DNA of 64,000 nucleotides. It comes from Patescibacteria group bacterium (GTDB lineage: Bacteria > Patescibacteriota > Minisyncoccia > Phycocordibacterales > UBA918). This document shows, piece by piece, positions 37,071-45,911 of this stretch (position 1 is the stretch's first letter; each line of letters begins with the position of its first letter). The notes below the pieces were generated by a model, which ran no database searches, was not told the DNA's origin, and was given only the letters and a program-made list of their open reading frames with translations. Both the position numbers and the translations under genes were made by a program. The DNA lies in contig JBCCYW010000001.1 of the NCBI GenBank assembly GCA_039188945.1, positions 43,003 to 107,002 on the forward strand. The letters run 5' to 3'.

Positions 37071-38372
37071 ATGGCGCAGAAGTGGAATTTGCAAGATATT
37101 AAACCGGCCGGGAAGCGAAAGCGCCTTGAGCCAACTAAACAGGGTGGGCTTGTACATACACCAACCCACACGGCTCCGGTCCGTGAAGAAATTCCTAATA
37201 TTAGGATTGAAGACGGTAATCAAAAGAAGCGATCAAAAGGCTGGTTGGCAGCCATTACCTTCATAGTTATTATCGTTGGTGGCATTGTCGCCAGCGCATT
37301 CATGAGCGGTGCTGAACTGACTGTACATCCACGGTTTCGCGAGCCAAATTTAAACGCTACTTTTACTTCGTACCCAGAGCCTCGTGCCAACGAACTCTCC
37401 TACGAAATCATGTCTCTTGAGGCCACCGGCGAGCGTCAAGTTACGGCTTCTGGCGAAGAAACAGTAACCGAACAAGCAACGGGAGAAATCGAAATCATCA
37501 AAACTACTGCTGGTTCTGAACGCCTTATAAAAAATACCCGCTTCGAGTCACCAAACGGTCTGATTTTTAGGATAGAAGAATCAGTAGTGGTTCCAGGGGC
37601 GGTTGATTCTGTGCCGGGAACAATCAGAGCCAGGGTGTTTGCTGAGTCACCAGGCGATGAATACAACCTACTTTCAGGGACAACTCTCACTATTCCTGGC
37701 TTCGCTGAAAACGGTTTTGATGACCTTTTCCAAAGCATCACAGCAGTAAACAGAGCCGACATAACTGGCGGTTTTGATGGGCCACGGTTTATTATCGACG
37801 ACGACGAGCTAGCCACCGCCCGGCAATCATTGCAGATGGAACTGCGTGACTCACTTCTCGAACGAGTCCCTACCGAACGCCCGGCTGGCTTTACCACCTT
37901 TGATTCTGCAGTTGCATTCACATATGTTGAATTGCCAGCCGTAGAATATGGCAACAACCTTGTGACTATTCGTGAACAAGCGATACTGCAGCTACCTCTA
38001 TATCAAGAGCGAGACTTTGCAAACTACATTGCAGCCGCTACTGTACCAGGGTATGAAGGAAACCCAGTTCGCATTGATAATCTGAGTGATCTTACATTCA
38101 CGTATACCTCAGCTACAACCAGCGCAACCAATATTGCAAATGAGACTTCTATTGAATTCAATTTGGCTGGCCGCCCGCTTCTCGTTTGGGTGTATGACCC
38201 AGACAAACTAAAGGCTGATCTACTTGGAGTGCCAAAAACTGCACTTTCCAATATCTTAAGTTCGTACCCAGCTATAGAGAGCGCCAGTGCCGTTGTGAGA
38301 CCGTTCTGGAAACGCTCATTCCCAACTGACATGAGCGACATAGATGTGATTGAGATGTTGAAAGAGGAGTAA
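37071..38372 (+). CDS. Hypothetical bitopic membrane protein (basic cytoplasmic tail, one TM, ~350-aa extracytoplasmic domain)
   Basis: TM helix GWLAAITFIVIIVGGIVASAF. Sits immediately downstream of the actin-like ATPase. Confidence 0.45.
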   Translation: MAQKWNLQDIKPAGKRKRLEPTKQGGLVHTPTHTAPVREEIPNIRIEDGNQKKRSKGWLAAITFIVIIVGGIVASAFMSGAELTVHPRFREPNLNATFTSYPEPRANELSYEIMSLEATGERQVTASGEETVTEQATGEIEIIKTTAGSERLIKNTRFESPNGLIFRIEESVVVPGAVDSVPGTIRARVFAESPGDEYNLLSGTTLTIPGFAENGFDDLFQSITAVNRADITGGFDGPRFIIDDDELATARQSLQMELRDSLLERVPTERPAGFTTFDSAVAFTYVELPAVEYGNNLVTIREQAILQLPLYQERDFANYIAAATVPGYEGNPVRIDNLSDLTFTYTSATTSATNIANETSIEFNLAGRPLLVWVYDPDKLKADLLGVPKTALSNILSSYPAIESASAVVRPFWKRSFPTDMSDIDVIEMLKEE

Positions 38373-38397
38373 TTAACATAATCTCACAGCTACAGTA

Positions 38398-38426
38398 TTG
38401 ACGTTTTTACACTGTTTTGATAGACT
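38398..38426 (+). promoter_or_regulatory. Putative promoter of the infA-rpmJ-rpsM... operon (TTGACG - 17 nt - TAGACT)
   Basis: Same -35 context (GTTGACGTTT) as the 23448 promoter, with 17-nt spacing. Confidence 0.3.
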
Positions 38427-38438
38427 CATGCTCGTTTA

Positions 38439-38663
38439 ATGGATCAAGAGGAGCACAAGCAAGACGACCTCGTCTACGGCGTAGTTGAGGAGGCGCTTCC
38501 AAACGCGCTTTTTCGCGTTACGCTGGACGGGCAAGATGAGTCTGTGATTGTCTACCTCGCCGGGAAAATGCGGAAATTCCGTATCCGGGTTCTGGTTGGC
38601 GATCGGGTTGGCATTGTGCCAGACCAGTACGGAGGCCGGGGCAGAATCACTAAACGACTTTAA
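38439..38663 (+). CDS. infA: Translation initiation factor IF-1
   Basis: S1-like OB fold ([36 protein letters not shown]). Confidence 0.9.
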   Translation: MDQEEHKQDDLVYGVVEEALPNALFRVTLDGQDESVIVYLAGKMRKFRIRVLVGDRVGIVPDQYGGRGRITKRL

Positions 38664-38673
38664 CCTGTTGATT

Positions 38674-38790
38674 ATGAAAGTACGATCATCTGTAAAAAAG
38701 CGAAGTGCTGATGATATTATCGTCCGACGACGAGGTCGTATTTACGTAATCAACAAGAAAAAGCCACGCCACAAGCAACGTCAGGGTTAA
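38674..38790 (+). CDS. rpmJ: 50S ribosomal protein L36
   Basis: 38 aa, [38 protein letters not shown]. It is below the ORF-track cutoff and was found by reading the gap. Confidence 0.85.
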   Translation: MKVRSSVKKRSADDIIVRRRGRIYVINKKKPRHKQRQG

Positions 38791-38793
38791 TAT

Positions 38794-39171
38794 ATGCGAA
38801 TTTCAGGTATCACAATTCCAGACACGAAACATCTCGAATACGGTCTCACAGCAGTATATGGGATCGGTCTTTCACGTTCACAAGATATTCTTGATGAACT
38901 TAAAATTGAGCGCACAGCTAAACCAGATTCACTCTCAACTGAGCAGGAGAACGCCATTCGAGAAGCAATTGAAAGCTTCACTATCGAAGGTGAGCTTAAG
39001 CGCCAAACTGCGGCAAACATTAAGCGCCTGAAAGATGTTGGTTCATATCGCGGAAGCCGACACACCAAGCGTCTACCAGCCCGTGGACAACGAACCAAAA
39101 CAAATGCTCGCAGTCTTAAGGGAGCTAAGAAGACCATGGGTTCAGGTCGTCGTAAGCTTGAGAAGACGTAG
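38794..39171 (+). CDS. rpsM: 30S ribosomal protein S13
   Basis: MRISGITIPDTKHLEYGLTAVYGIG...; basic C-terminus. Confidence 0.9.
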   Translation: MRISGITIPDTKHLEYGLTAVYGIGLSRSQDILDELKIERTAKPDSLSTEQENAIREAIESFTIEGELKRQTAANIKRLKDVGSYRGSRHTKRLPARGQRTKTNARSLKGAKKTMGSGRRKLEKT

Positions 39172-39200
39172 AATTCTTTTGCATATTTTTCAATTTTCCT

Positions 39201-39632
39201 ATGGGTAAGAAACGAATAATTAAAAAAGGTGGAGGATCAGATGTTGCGGGGACTTCTCGCGCTCTGAACCGCATTCCAAAGAAAAAGTTAGCTGCAGGTG
39301 TACTTAATGTTATGGCGACTTTTAATAACACACTGGTTACACTATGTGACCAAAAAGGTAACGCGGTTATGAGTGCCTCTTCAGGAGCTCTTGGTTTTAA
39401 AGGATCACGAAAGAGCACGCCATTTGCAGCTGCAAAAGTTGGTGAGATTATTGGCGAAAAAGCACAACAGATGGGCATGAAAGAAGCTGAAGTAGTGGTG
39501 CGTGGTGTAGGGGCAGGACGCGAGTCAGCCCTACGAGCGTTTGCCGGTAAAGGTATTTCTATTAGCCGCATCACTGACATGACTCCAGTGCCATTTAATG
39601 GTCCACGAGCACCTAAAGCTCGTCGCGTATAG
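39201..39632 (+). CDS. rpsK: 30S ribosomal protein S11
   Basis: GVLNVMATFNNTLVTLCDQKGN...GSRKSTPFAA. Confidence 0.9.
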   Translation: MGKKRIIKKGGGSDVAGTSRALNRIPKKKLAAGVLNVMATFNNTLVTLCDQKGNAVMSASSGALGFKGSRKSTPFAAAKVGEIIGEKAQQMGMKEAEVVVRGVGAGRESALRAFAGKGISISRITDMTPVPFNGPRAPKARRV

Positions 39633-39635
39633 TTA

Positions 39636-40250
39636 TTGCTTATGAAAATCGGTCCTAAGTTTAAAATTGCCAAACGTCTCGGAGCACCAATCTTCGAGAA
39701 GACGCAGACCCAGAAATTTCAACTTTCTGAAGCCCGCGGTGGTCGTACGCGCCAGCGTCGTCCCGGTGCTATGAGTGATTACAAGCGCCAATTGCTTGAG
39801 AAGCAGAAAATGCGCTTCACCTACGGTATTTCTGAGAAGCAACTACGTCGCTATGTTGATGAAGCGGTTGCTAAAAGTCATCAGCCGATCTCACTTTTAA
39901 TGGAACGCCTCGAATCACGACTTGATAATGTAATTTACCGTATGGGCCTAGCCAAGACCCGACGTTTAGCGCGCCAGATCGTCTCACATGGTCATATCAT
40001 GGTAAATGGCAAGAAATTTACTATTCCTTCGCATCGAGTGAAGCCTGATGACGTTATTTCAATCCGCGAGGGTAGTCGCCAGACCGGACTCTTCCAAGAC
40101 CTAGGAGAAAAGCACGAAGCAGCTGCTGTACCGACCTGGGTTACATTTGATGTAAAGAAGCACGAAGGAACGATGAAATCAGCTCCGGTACACGATCCGT
40201 CCGAAACTCTGTTTGACCCAGCCCAAGTCCTTGAGTACTACAGTCGATAG
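39636..40250 (+). CDS. rpsD: 30S ribosomal protein S4
   Basis: GPKFKIAKRLG...; S4 RNA-binding domain (RLDNVIYRMGLAKTRRLARQIVSHGHIMVNG). Confidence 0.9.
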   Translation: MLMKIGPKFKIAKRLGAPIFEKTQTQKFQLSEARGGRTRQRRPGAMSDYKRQLLEKQKMRFTYGISEKQLRRYVDEAVAKSHQPISLLMERLESRLDNVIYRMGLAKTRRLARQIVSHGHIMVNGKKFTIPSHRVKPDDVISIREGSRQTGLFQDLGEKHEAAAVPTWVTFDVKKHEGTMKSAPVHDPSETLFDPAQVLEYYSR

Positions 40251-40287
40251 GAAATTATTTATTCGCTTAGTCACTAACCACCTTGTT

Positions 40288-41253
40288 ATGTTAGAAACAA
40301 ATGTTACGTTGCCAAGTAAGCCTCGCGTTGTAAACGAAGAGGACTTTCGTGGTGTTTACGAGATCGACGGCCTGTACCCAGGCTATGGTCACACCCTTGG
40401 TAACTCACTACGCCGCATTATCCTCTCATCATTGCCGGGAGCTGCTGTTACGCAGGTAAAAATTGATGGTGTAGAACACGAGTTTTCTACCATGTCAGGC
40501 GTTAAAGAGGATGTAATCACCATCCTGCTTAACATCAAGCGAATCCGCATGGCACTTCATAGCGACGAACCAATGACCATTACGCTCAAGAAATCAGGTA
40601 ATGGCGTAGTAACTGCTGGCGATATTGAAGTACCATCACAAGTAGAAATTCTTAACCCAGAGCAGCCGATTGCTGAAATCACTACCAAGAGCACAACCCT
40701 AGAGATTGAGATGACGGTTGAGAAGGGTCTTGGTTATGTTGCTCGTGAAATTCACCAAAAAGACAAGGTAGAAATTGGTACCATCGCCCTTGATGCAGTG
40801 TTCACACCAATTCGTCGCGCTAACTACGAAGTAGAGAATATGCGTGTTGGTGACCGAACCGACTACAACCGACTACGGTTTATGGTCGAGACTGACGGAA
40901 CTCTTTCTCCGCGAGAAGCAATGGAGAACGCTATTGAAATCATGATTCACCAGCTTAAAGCGGTGATTGGTTTCCAGGAAGAGCAGCCAGAGGTTGAAGA
41001 AGCTCCAGAAGAAGCTGCAGAAGAAGCGGTTGAAGCTGAGGAAGTGGATCCTGATGTACTCAAGACTCGTATCGAAACCCTTGATCTTTCGCCACGAACC
41101 TTGCAGGCACTTGAGGAAGCGAGTATCCGCACCGTCGGAGGACTTGTCCGAAAGAAAAAAGATGATATTCTGTCGCTCGACGGATTGGGCCCTAAAGCAT
41201 TAGAGGAAATTGAAGTCCTTTTGAAGGATATGGGTGTAACCCTCAGTGAATAA
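40288..41253 (+). CDS. rpoA: DNA-directed RNA polymerase subunit alpha
   Basis: N-terminal dimerisation domain. Acidic linker. C-terminal HhH domain (LDLSPRTLQALEEASIRTVGGLV). Confidence 0.9.
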   Translation: MLETNVTLPSKPRVVNEEDFRGVYEIDGLYPGYGHTLGNSLRRIILSSLPGAAVTQVKIDGVEHEFSTMSGVKEDVITILLNIKRIRMALHSDEPMTITLKKSGNGVVTAGDIEVPSQVEILNPEQPIAEITTKSTTLEIEMTVEKGLGYVAREIHQKDKVEIGTIALDAVFTPIRRANYEVENMRVGDRTDYNRLRFMVETDGTLSPREAMENAIEIMIHQLKAVIGFQEEQPEVEEAPEEAAEEAVEAEEVDPDVLKTRIETLDLSPRTLQALEEASIRTVGGLVRKKKDDILSLDGLGPKALEEIEVLLKDMGVTLSE

Positions 41254-41259
41254 CGATAT

Positions 41260-41613
41260 ATGCAACACGCAAAAGCCAACCGAACACTTGGACGAAAGCG
41301 CGATCAGCGAACTGCTCTTTTGCGTGGCTTAGCGGTTTCTCTTATTCGAGACGGAAAGATTAAAACTACTGAAGCGAAAGCAAAAGAATTGCGTCCATTT
41401 GTCGAGCGACTTGTAACATACGGTAAGAAAAATACCGTAGCGTCACGTCGACTCGCTTCAAGCACTCTTGGTGCACCGCAGCAGCAGACACTTACCAAGT
41501 TATTTGGTGAAATCGCAGAAAACTACAAAGAACGTTCTGGTGGCTACACTCGTATCATCAAGATGGGACGCACTCCAGCTGGTCGTGATGAAGCGGTAAT
41601 TGAATTTGTATAA
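41260..41613 (+). CDS. rplQ: 50S ribosomal protein L17
   Basis: MQHAKANRTLGRKRDQRTALLRGLAVSLI. Confidence 0.9.
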   Translation: MQHAKANRTLGRKRDQRTALLRGLAVSLIRDGKIKTTEAKAKELRPFVERLVTYGKKNTVASRRLASSTLGAPQQQTLTKLFGEIAENYKERSGGYTRIIKMGRTPAGRDEAVIEFV

Positions 41614-41618
41614 ATCAT

Positions 41619-41981
41619 ATGGCAACTGAAAGCACAACCCGTATTCATGAAATTGACGCTACTGGAAAGCGCCTTGGTATTGTGGCGACCGAAGCAGCGA
41701 CCGTTTTGATGGGGAAGGATCAACCAGACTTTGCACCTAATGTCGTAGCAGACGTGCAGGTAAAGATTTCAAATGCTAGCAAGCTTGATATCACTGAGAA
41801 GCGAGGGCAAGAGATCTACCAATCATACTCAGGTTACCCAGGAGGTCGCAGTACTGAAACCCTCGAACATTTGGCTGGTCGTCTTGGCTACCACGAAGCA
41901 GTCCGCCGCACTATCGCTGGCATGCTGCCGAAGAACAAGCTACAGAAGCCAATGCTTAAGAATTTAGAAATTACTGATTAA
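41619..41981 (+). CDS. rplM: 50S ribosomal protein L13
   Basis: IDATGKRLGIVATEAATVLMGKDQPDFAPN. Confidence 0.85.
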   Translation: MATESTTRIHEIDATGKRLGIVATEAATVLMGKDQPDFAPNVVADVQVKISNASKLDITEKRGQEIYQSYSGYPGGRSTETLEHLAGRLGYHEAVRRTIAGMLPKNKLQKPMLKNLEITD

Positions 41982-41983
41982 TT

Positions 41984-42385
41984 ATGGCAACTACAAACTA
42001 CATCGAAGGAATTGGTCGCCGTAAGACAGCTACTGCGCGCGTACGACTTACTCCGGCTAAAGAAACAAAAATCACCGTTAACGATCGTCCATTTGAAGAG
42101 TACTTCCCACACGAATCACTCCGTCAGGTAGTGATGTCTGTACTCGGTACCGAAGAAGCAGGGATTGAACACTACGAAGTCTCAGTGCATATTTCAGGTA
42201 GCGGTATTGCAGCTCAAGCTGACGCTGTGCGACTCGGCATTGCACGAGCTCTTGTTAAGGAAAAAGCCGATCGTCGTACCACCCTCAAGAAAGCGGGTTA
42301 TCTCAAACGAGACCCGCGTTCTGTTGAACGAAAGAAGTTTGGTCTCAAGAAAGCCCGCAAACGCCCAGCTTGGTCGAAGCGTTAG
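41984..42385 (+). CDS. rpsI: 30S ribosomal protein S9
   Basis: Ends ...KKFGLKKARKRPAWSKR. Confidence 0.9.
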   Translation: MATTNYIEGIGRRKTATARVRLTPAKETKITVNDRPFEEYFPHESLRQVVMSVLGTEEAGIEHYEVSVHISGSGIAAQADAVRLGIARALVKEKADRRTTLKKAGYLKRDPRSVERKKFGLKKARKRPAWSKR

Positions 42386-42412
42386 AAAAAATCCGCCAGC
42401 GCGGCTTTTTTC
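42385..42412 (+). terminator. Intrinsic terminator after rpsI
   Basis: AAAAAATCCGC-CAGC-GCGGCTTTTTT. Confidence 0.6.
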
Positions 42413-42414
42413 AC

Positions 42415-42550
42415 GCTTCGACAGCCGCAGCGATGTGAGTGGTGCAATACTAGCACCACGAACCGCGAGGCGGGCTCGCGAGCACTTAGTAGAATTACAT
42501 GAAGTGTAATTATACTTAGTGACTTGTGAGGTAAGCGATAAACCACAACA
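42415..42550 (+). ncRNA. Candidate small structured RNA between two terminators (function unknown)
   Basis: ~135 nt with three local hairpins: GGTGC..GCACC, CGCGAG-GCGG-CTCGCG, AATTACA..TGTAATT. It ends at a second terminator at 42551-42582. No convincing ORF. Confidence 0.25.
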
Positions 42551-42582
42551 CAAAAGCCTCCATTGTGGAGGTTTTTGTTTTT
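42551..42582 (+). terminator. Intrinsic terminator
   Basis: AAAAGCCTCCA-TTG-TGGAGGTTTTTGTTTTT. Confidence 0.7.
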
Positions 42583-42627
42583 CTCACTTGGTGGTAGTCT
42601 CAAAAACAGAGCCAGTTGGAGAAAACA

Positions 42628-42942
42628 ATGAAATATATAATTTTTGTCGCTTCTCTTTTTGCAGCATATTCACCTGCTTTAAGTGACGATAGGGTTCAGA
42701 AGAGTGTTGATGTCCATGGATATATTCACTTTGACATAAATGGTGAACCAGACGCTTGTTGCTCTTGTGTCAAAGCAAGTGAAGTTGAGACTGCCAGTAA
42801 AACCATGCGAGCCTTTAAGAGTTCTTTGGGTGTAAGTCATGTCGAACACAACCAAATTTATGACTCTCCAGATGGCAATACATGGTACTGTCCACCAGGA
42901 ATCAGCTCTCCGCCTTGCGCTTTGCTCCAAGCGGTAGGGTGA
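42628..42942 (+). CDS. Small secreted Cys-rich protein (signal peptide plus ~85-aa mature part with 6 Cys), hypothetical
   Basis: MKYIIFVASLFAAYSPALS signal peptide. Cys pairs in ...DACCSC... and ...WYCPPGISSPPCALL. Stand-alone unit flanked by terminators. Confidence 0.5.
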   Translation: MKYIIFVASLFAAYSPALSDDRVQKSVDVHGYIHFDINGEPDACCSCVKASEVETASKTMRAFKSSLGVSHVEHNQIYDSPDGNTWYCPPGISSPPCALLQAVG

Positions 42943-42952
42943 GTAATGTTAG

Positions 42953-42976
42953 AAAGGCGCCTACGGGCGCCTTTTT
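42953..42976 (+). terminator. Intrinsic terminator (first of a tandem pair)
   Basis: AAAGGCGCC-TACG-GGCGCCTTTTT. Confidence 0.75.
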
Positions 42977-42994
42977 CAGTTTCCAGACAAAGAG

Positions 42995-43020
42995 AAAGAC
43001 CGGGCAAGCCCGGTCTTTCT
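42995..43020 (+). terminator. Second tandem terminator hairpin
   Basis: AAAGACCGGG-CAAG-CCCGGTCTTTCT. Confidence 0.6.
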
Positions 43021-43192
43021 CTTGGAGATGGCGACCCGGAGGTCTCCACCAGCCGTACCTTAAACGTAGAGCTTAAGGTTCAACTATTTTACTTAAAAAT
43101 TAAAAAGTGCGATCTAGACAAAACAATAATTAGTTATGTAGTTCAAAATATGTGAATGAATACTGAAAACAAAAGTCATTCTACATCTTTAC

Positions 43193-43822
43193 ATGAAAAC
43201 GATTGGCCGGTATAATGCGCTCGCTATGGATGAACGAGATGAACATCAGGTACCAGAAGATATTGAAATTGAAACTGAATCAGTACCAGAAGAAGATATT
43301 AGCATCGAAGATGCTGAAGCAATGAGTAACGATAAACTCAAAGATCTGCGCACGAAGCTAAAGCAGTGTGAGGCAGAGAAGAGTGATCATCTAGAAGAAT
43401 TACAGCGTGCAAAAGCAGATTTCCTTAACGCTCGAAAACGATTAGACGAGGAACGAGTCGCTGATCGCACTAGAAACAAGATCGCTCACGTTGAAGAACT
43501 GTTACCGCTTTGTGACAGCTTCACCATGGCAATGGGAGATACAGCAGCCTGGGAAGAAGCTCCAGAGAAATGGCGGAAAGGGGTGGAGGGTATTCATGCT
43601 CAGCTACATAACCTACTCCAGCAGTACGGTGTGAAAGAAGTAGCCCCAACCGGAGAGCAGTTTGATCCACAACATCACGAAGCAATGGGTAGCGAAGCGG
43701 TTGAGGACAGCAAACTTGTAGATACGGTCGTCAAAGTAATTCAGCCGGGCTACACCATGATTGTTGACGGTACAGAACGACAGATACGACCGGCTCGCGT
43801 CATTGTTGGAGTATCAGCATAG
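43193..43822 (+). CDS. grpE: Nucleotide exchange factor GrpE
   Basis: Acidic N-terminus. Coiled coil LEELQRAKADFLNARKRLDEE. C-terminal beta domain. Confidence 0.85.
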   Translation: MKTIGRYNALAMDERDEHQVPEDIEIETESVPEEDISIEDAEAMSNDKLKDLRTKLKQCEAEKSDHLEELQRAKADFLNARKRLDEERVADRTRNKIAHVEELLPLCDSFTMAMGDTAAWEEAPEKWRKGVEGIHAQLHNLLQQYGVKEVAPTGEQFDPQHHEAMGSEAVEDSKLVDTVVKVIQPGYTMIVDGTERQIRPARVIVGVSA

Positions 43823-43864
43823 AAAGAGAAACTTTTTTGTAAACTAATCGTATTAGAACATACT

Positions 43865-45784
43865 ATGGCAAAGATAATTGGAATTGACTTGGGAACCACA
43901 AACTCTGCAGTTGCAGTAGTTGAAGGTGGCGAACCAACCGTCATTGAGAATAGCGAGGGTAATCGAACCACCCCTTCAGTGGTAGCGATTTCAAAGACCG
44001 GCGAACGGCTCGTTGGTCAAATCGCTAAGCGACAAGCGGTCACGAACCCAGAAAATACTATTTATGGCATCAAGCGCTTCATGGGGCACGACTATGAAGA
44101 CGAAGCAGTGCAGAGCGATAAGAAAATTGTCCCGTATGAAGTAAAGAAAGGAGACGACAATGGTGTCATCGTCCATATGGGTGAGAAGGATTATCGACCG
44201 GAAGAAGTCTCTGCCATGATCCTTTCAAAGCTCAAGGCAGATGCAGAAGCAAAGCTAGGCGAGAAAGTAACCGAGGCAGTTATTACCGTGCCAGCGTACT
44301 TTGATGACACCCAACGAAAAGCTACTCAAGATGCTGGTAAGATTGCTGGTCTCGATGTAAAGCGAATCATTAACGAACCAACTGCTGCTGCGCTGGCTTA
44401 TGGTTTTAATAAAAAGAACGAAGAGAAAATTGTTGTCTATGACTTTGGTGGCGGAACGTTTGACGTTACCGTACTTGAGGTGGGTGACGATGTGGTTGAG
44501 GTTCGATCAACCGATGGTGATGCTCACATGGGTGGGCGCGACATTGACCAAGGAATTGTGAAGTTCTTGATTGATGAATTTAAGAGCAACGAAGGCATAG
44601 ATCTTGGACAAGACAAGCTCGCGCTCCAGCGTCTAGACGAAGCGGCTGAGAAAGCCAAGCTGGAGCTCTCTTCAACTGCCGAAACTGAGATTAATATTCC
44701 GTTTATCTCTTCAGATGCTGCCGGGCCGAAACACATGCTGGTGAAGCTCTCTCGCACCAAACTAGAAGAACTCGCAGCTGAGTATATTGATCGTTCAGTT
44801 GAGATCACGAAGCGTGCGCTTGAAGCTTCTGGTTTCCAGAAAGGGGATATCAACGAAATTATTATGGTTGGTGGGCAGACTCGTATGCCAGCAGTAGTAA
44901 ACGCTGTAAAAGAACTCTTTGGCAAAGAACCAAACAAAACCATCAATCCAGACGAAGTGGTGGCAATGGGCGCAGCCATTCAAGCTGGTATTTTCCAGGG
45001 TGACGTACAAGACATTACACTCGTAGACGTCATCCCACTATCGCTTTCAATTGAAACCATGGGTGGTGTAGCAACCAAATTGATTGAGAAGAACACACAC
45101 ATTCCGACCAGTAAGTCGCAAATTTTCTCAACCGCTGCTGACAACCAAACTTCTACAGAAATTCACATCACACAGGGAGAACGTCCGATGTCTAACGACA
45201 ACAAGTCACTCGGGAAGTTTGTACTCGATGGTATTCCGCCAGCTCCACGTGGCGTACCGCAAGTTGAAGTAACCTTTGACGTTGACTCTAATGGTGTCTT
45301 GAACGTAACCGCTAAGGATAAGGCTACCAACAAGGAACAATCTATCCGTATTGAAGCAACCTCTGGTCTCACTGAAGAAGATATTGAGCGCATGAAGCAA
45401 GAAGCTGAAGAGCACGCTGGTGAGGACGAAAAGAAGAAAGAACTCATCGACGCTCGTAATCTAGCTGAACAAGCTGTCTACACAGCTGAGAAGGCTCTTA
45501 AAGATCACGGTGAGCAAGTGCCAGCTGAGGTAAAGACTGACATTGAGGATAAGGTTAAAGCAGTAAATGAAGTAAAGGATAAAGACGACAAAACTGCTAT
45601 TGAAGAGACCACCGCACAACTTACTGAGGCTATGCAGAAAATCGGTGAGATCATGCAGCAAGCAGCTGCAGCTGCTGAGCAAGGCAGTGAGGCTGGAGAA
45701 GAAAAAGCTTCAGAATCAGACGAGCCAATGCGTGATGCTGAAGTGACTGAAGAAGAGAAGCAAGACGAAGATAAAAAGAAGTAA
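43865..45784 (+). CDS. dnaK: Chaperone DnaK (Hsp70)
   Basis: [14 protein letters not shown]; DFGGGTFDV; C-terminal acidic tail. Confidence 0.95.
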   Translation: MAKIIGIDLGTTNSAVAVVEGGEPTVIENSEGNRTTPSVVAISKTGERLVGQIAKRQAVTNPENTIYGIKRFMGHDYEDEAVQSDKKIVPYEVKKGDDNGVIVHMGEKDYRPEEVSAMILSKLKADAEAKLGEKVTEAVITVPAYFDDTQRKATQDAGKIAGLDVKRIINEPTAAALAYGFNKKNEEKIVVYDFGGGTFDVTVLEVGDDVVEVRSTDGDAHMGGRDIDQGIVKFLIDEFKSNEGIDLGQDKLALQRLDEAAEKAKLELSSTAETEINIPFISSDAAGPKHMLVKLSRTKLEELAAEYIDRSVEITKRALEASGFQKGDINEIIMVGGQTRMPAVVNAVKELFGKEPNKTINPDEVVAMGAAIQAGIFQGDVQDITLVDVIPLSLSIETMGGVATKLIEKNTHIPTSKSQIFSTAADNQTSTEIHITQGERPMSNDNKSLGKFVLDGIPPAPRGVPQVEVTFDVDSNGVLNVTAKDKATNKEQSIRIEATSGLTEEDIERMKQEAEEHAGEDEKKKELIDARNLAEQAVYTAEKALKDHGEQVPAEVKTDIEDKVKAVNEVKDKDDKTAIEETTAQLTEAMQKIGEIMQQAAAAAEQGSEAGEEKASESDEPMRDAEVTEEEKQDEDKKK

Positions 45785-45911
45785 TCCGAAATAAGTGTAT
45801 TTTGATCAAATCTCGACTCGCACACTCCTTGTGCGCCCCAGCCAAACCCTCCCGCACATAGTCGTTACTCGCTGAGATTTGACACAAAACACACATTAGC
45901 AACCTGAACAC

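Noticed and set aside
39125-39673. 182-aa minus-strand ORF overlapping rpsK and rpsD
   Set aside because: Antisense to two ribosomal protein genes. Gly/Arg/Pro-rich mirror composition.
42165-42509. 114-aa plus-strand ORF running from inside rpsI through the terminator into the candidate sRNA region
   Set aside because: It is out of frame with rpsI, crosses an intrinsic terminator and has no start context. The region is better explained as non-coding.
43050-43192. Looked for a CIRCE/HrcA operator (TTAGCACTC-N9-GAGTGCTAA) upstream of grpE-dnaK-dnaJ
   Set aside because: No CIRCE-like inverted repeat is present, only an AT-rich region with a weak GGAGA...TCTCC hairpin. No hrcA gene in the window.
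45785-45911. dnaK-dnaJ intergenic region with a CAAATCTC...GAGATTTG long-range pairing and an inner CGCACA-CTCCT-TGTGCG hairpin
   Set aside because: Probably an ordinary mRNA stability or processing structure within the chaperone operon. It is not repeated elsewhere in the window, so it is not reported as a finding.
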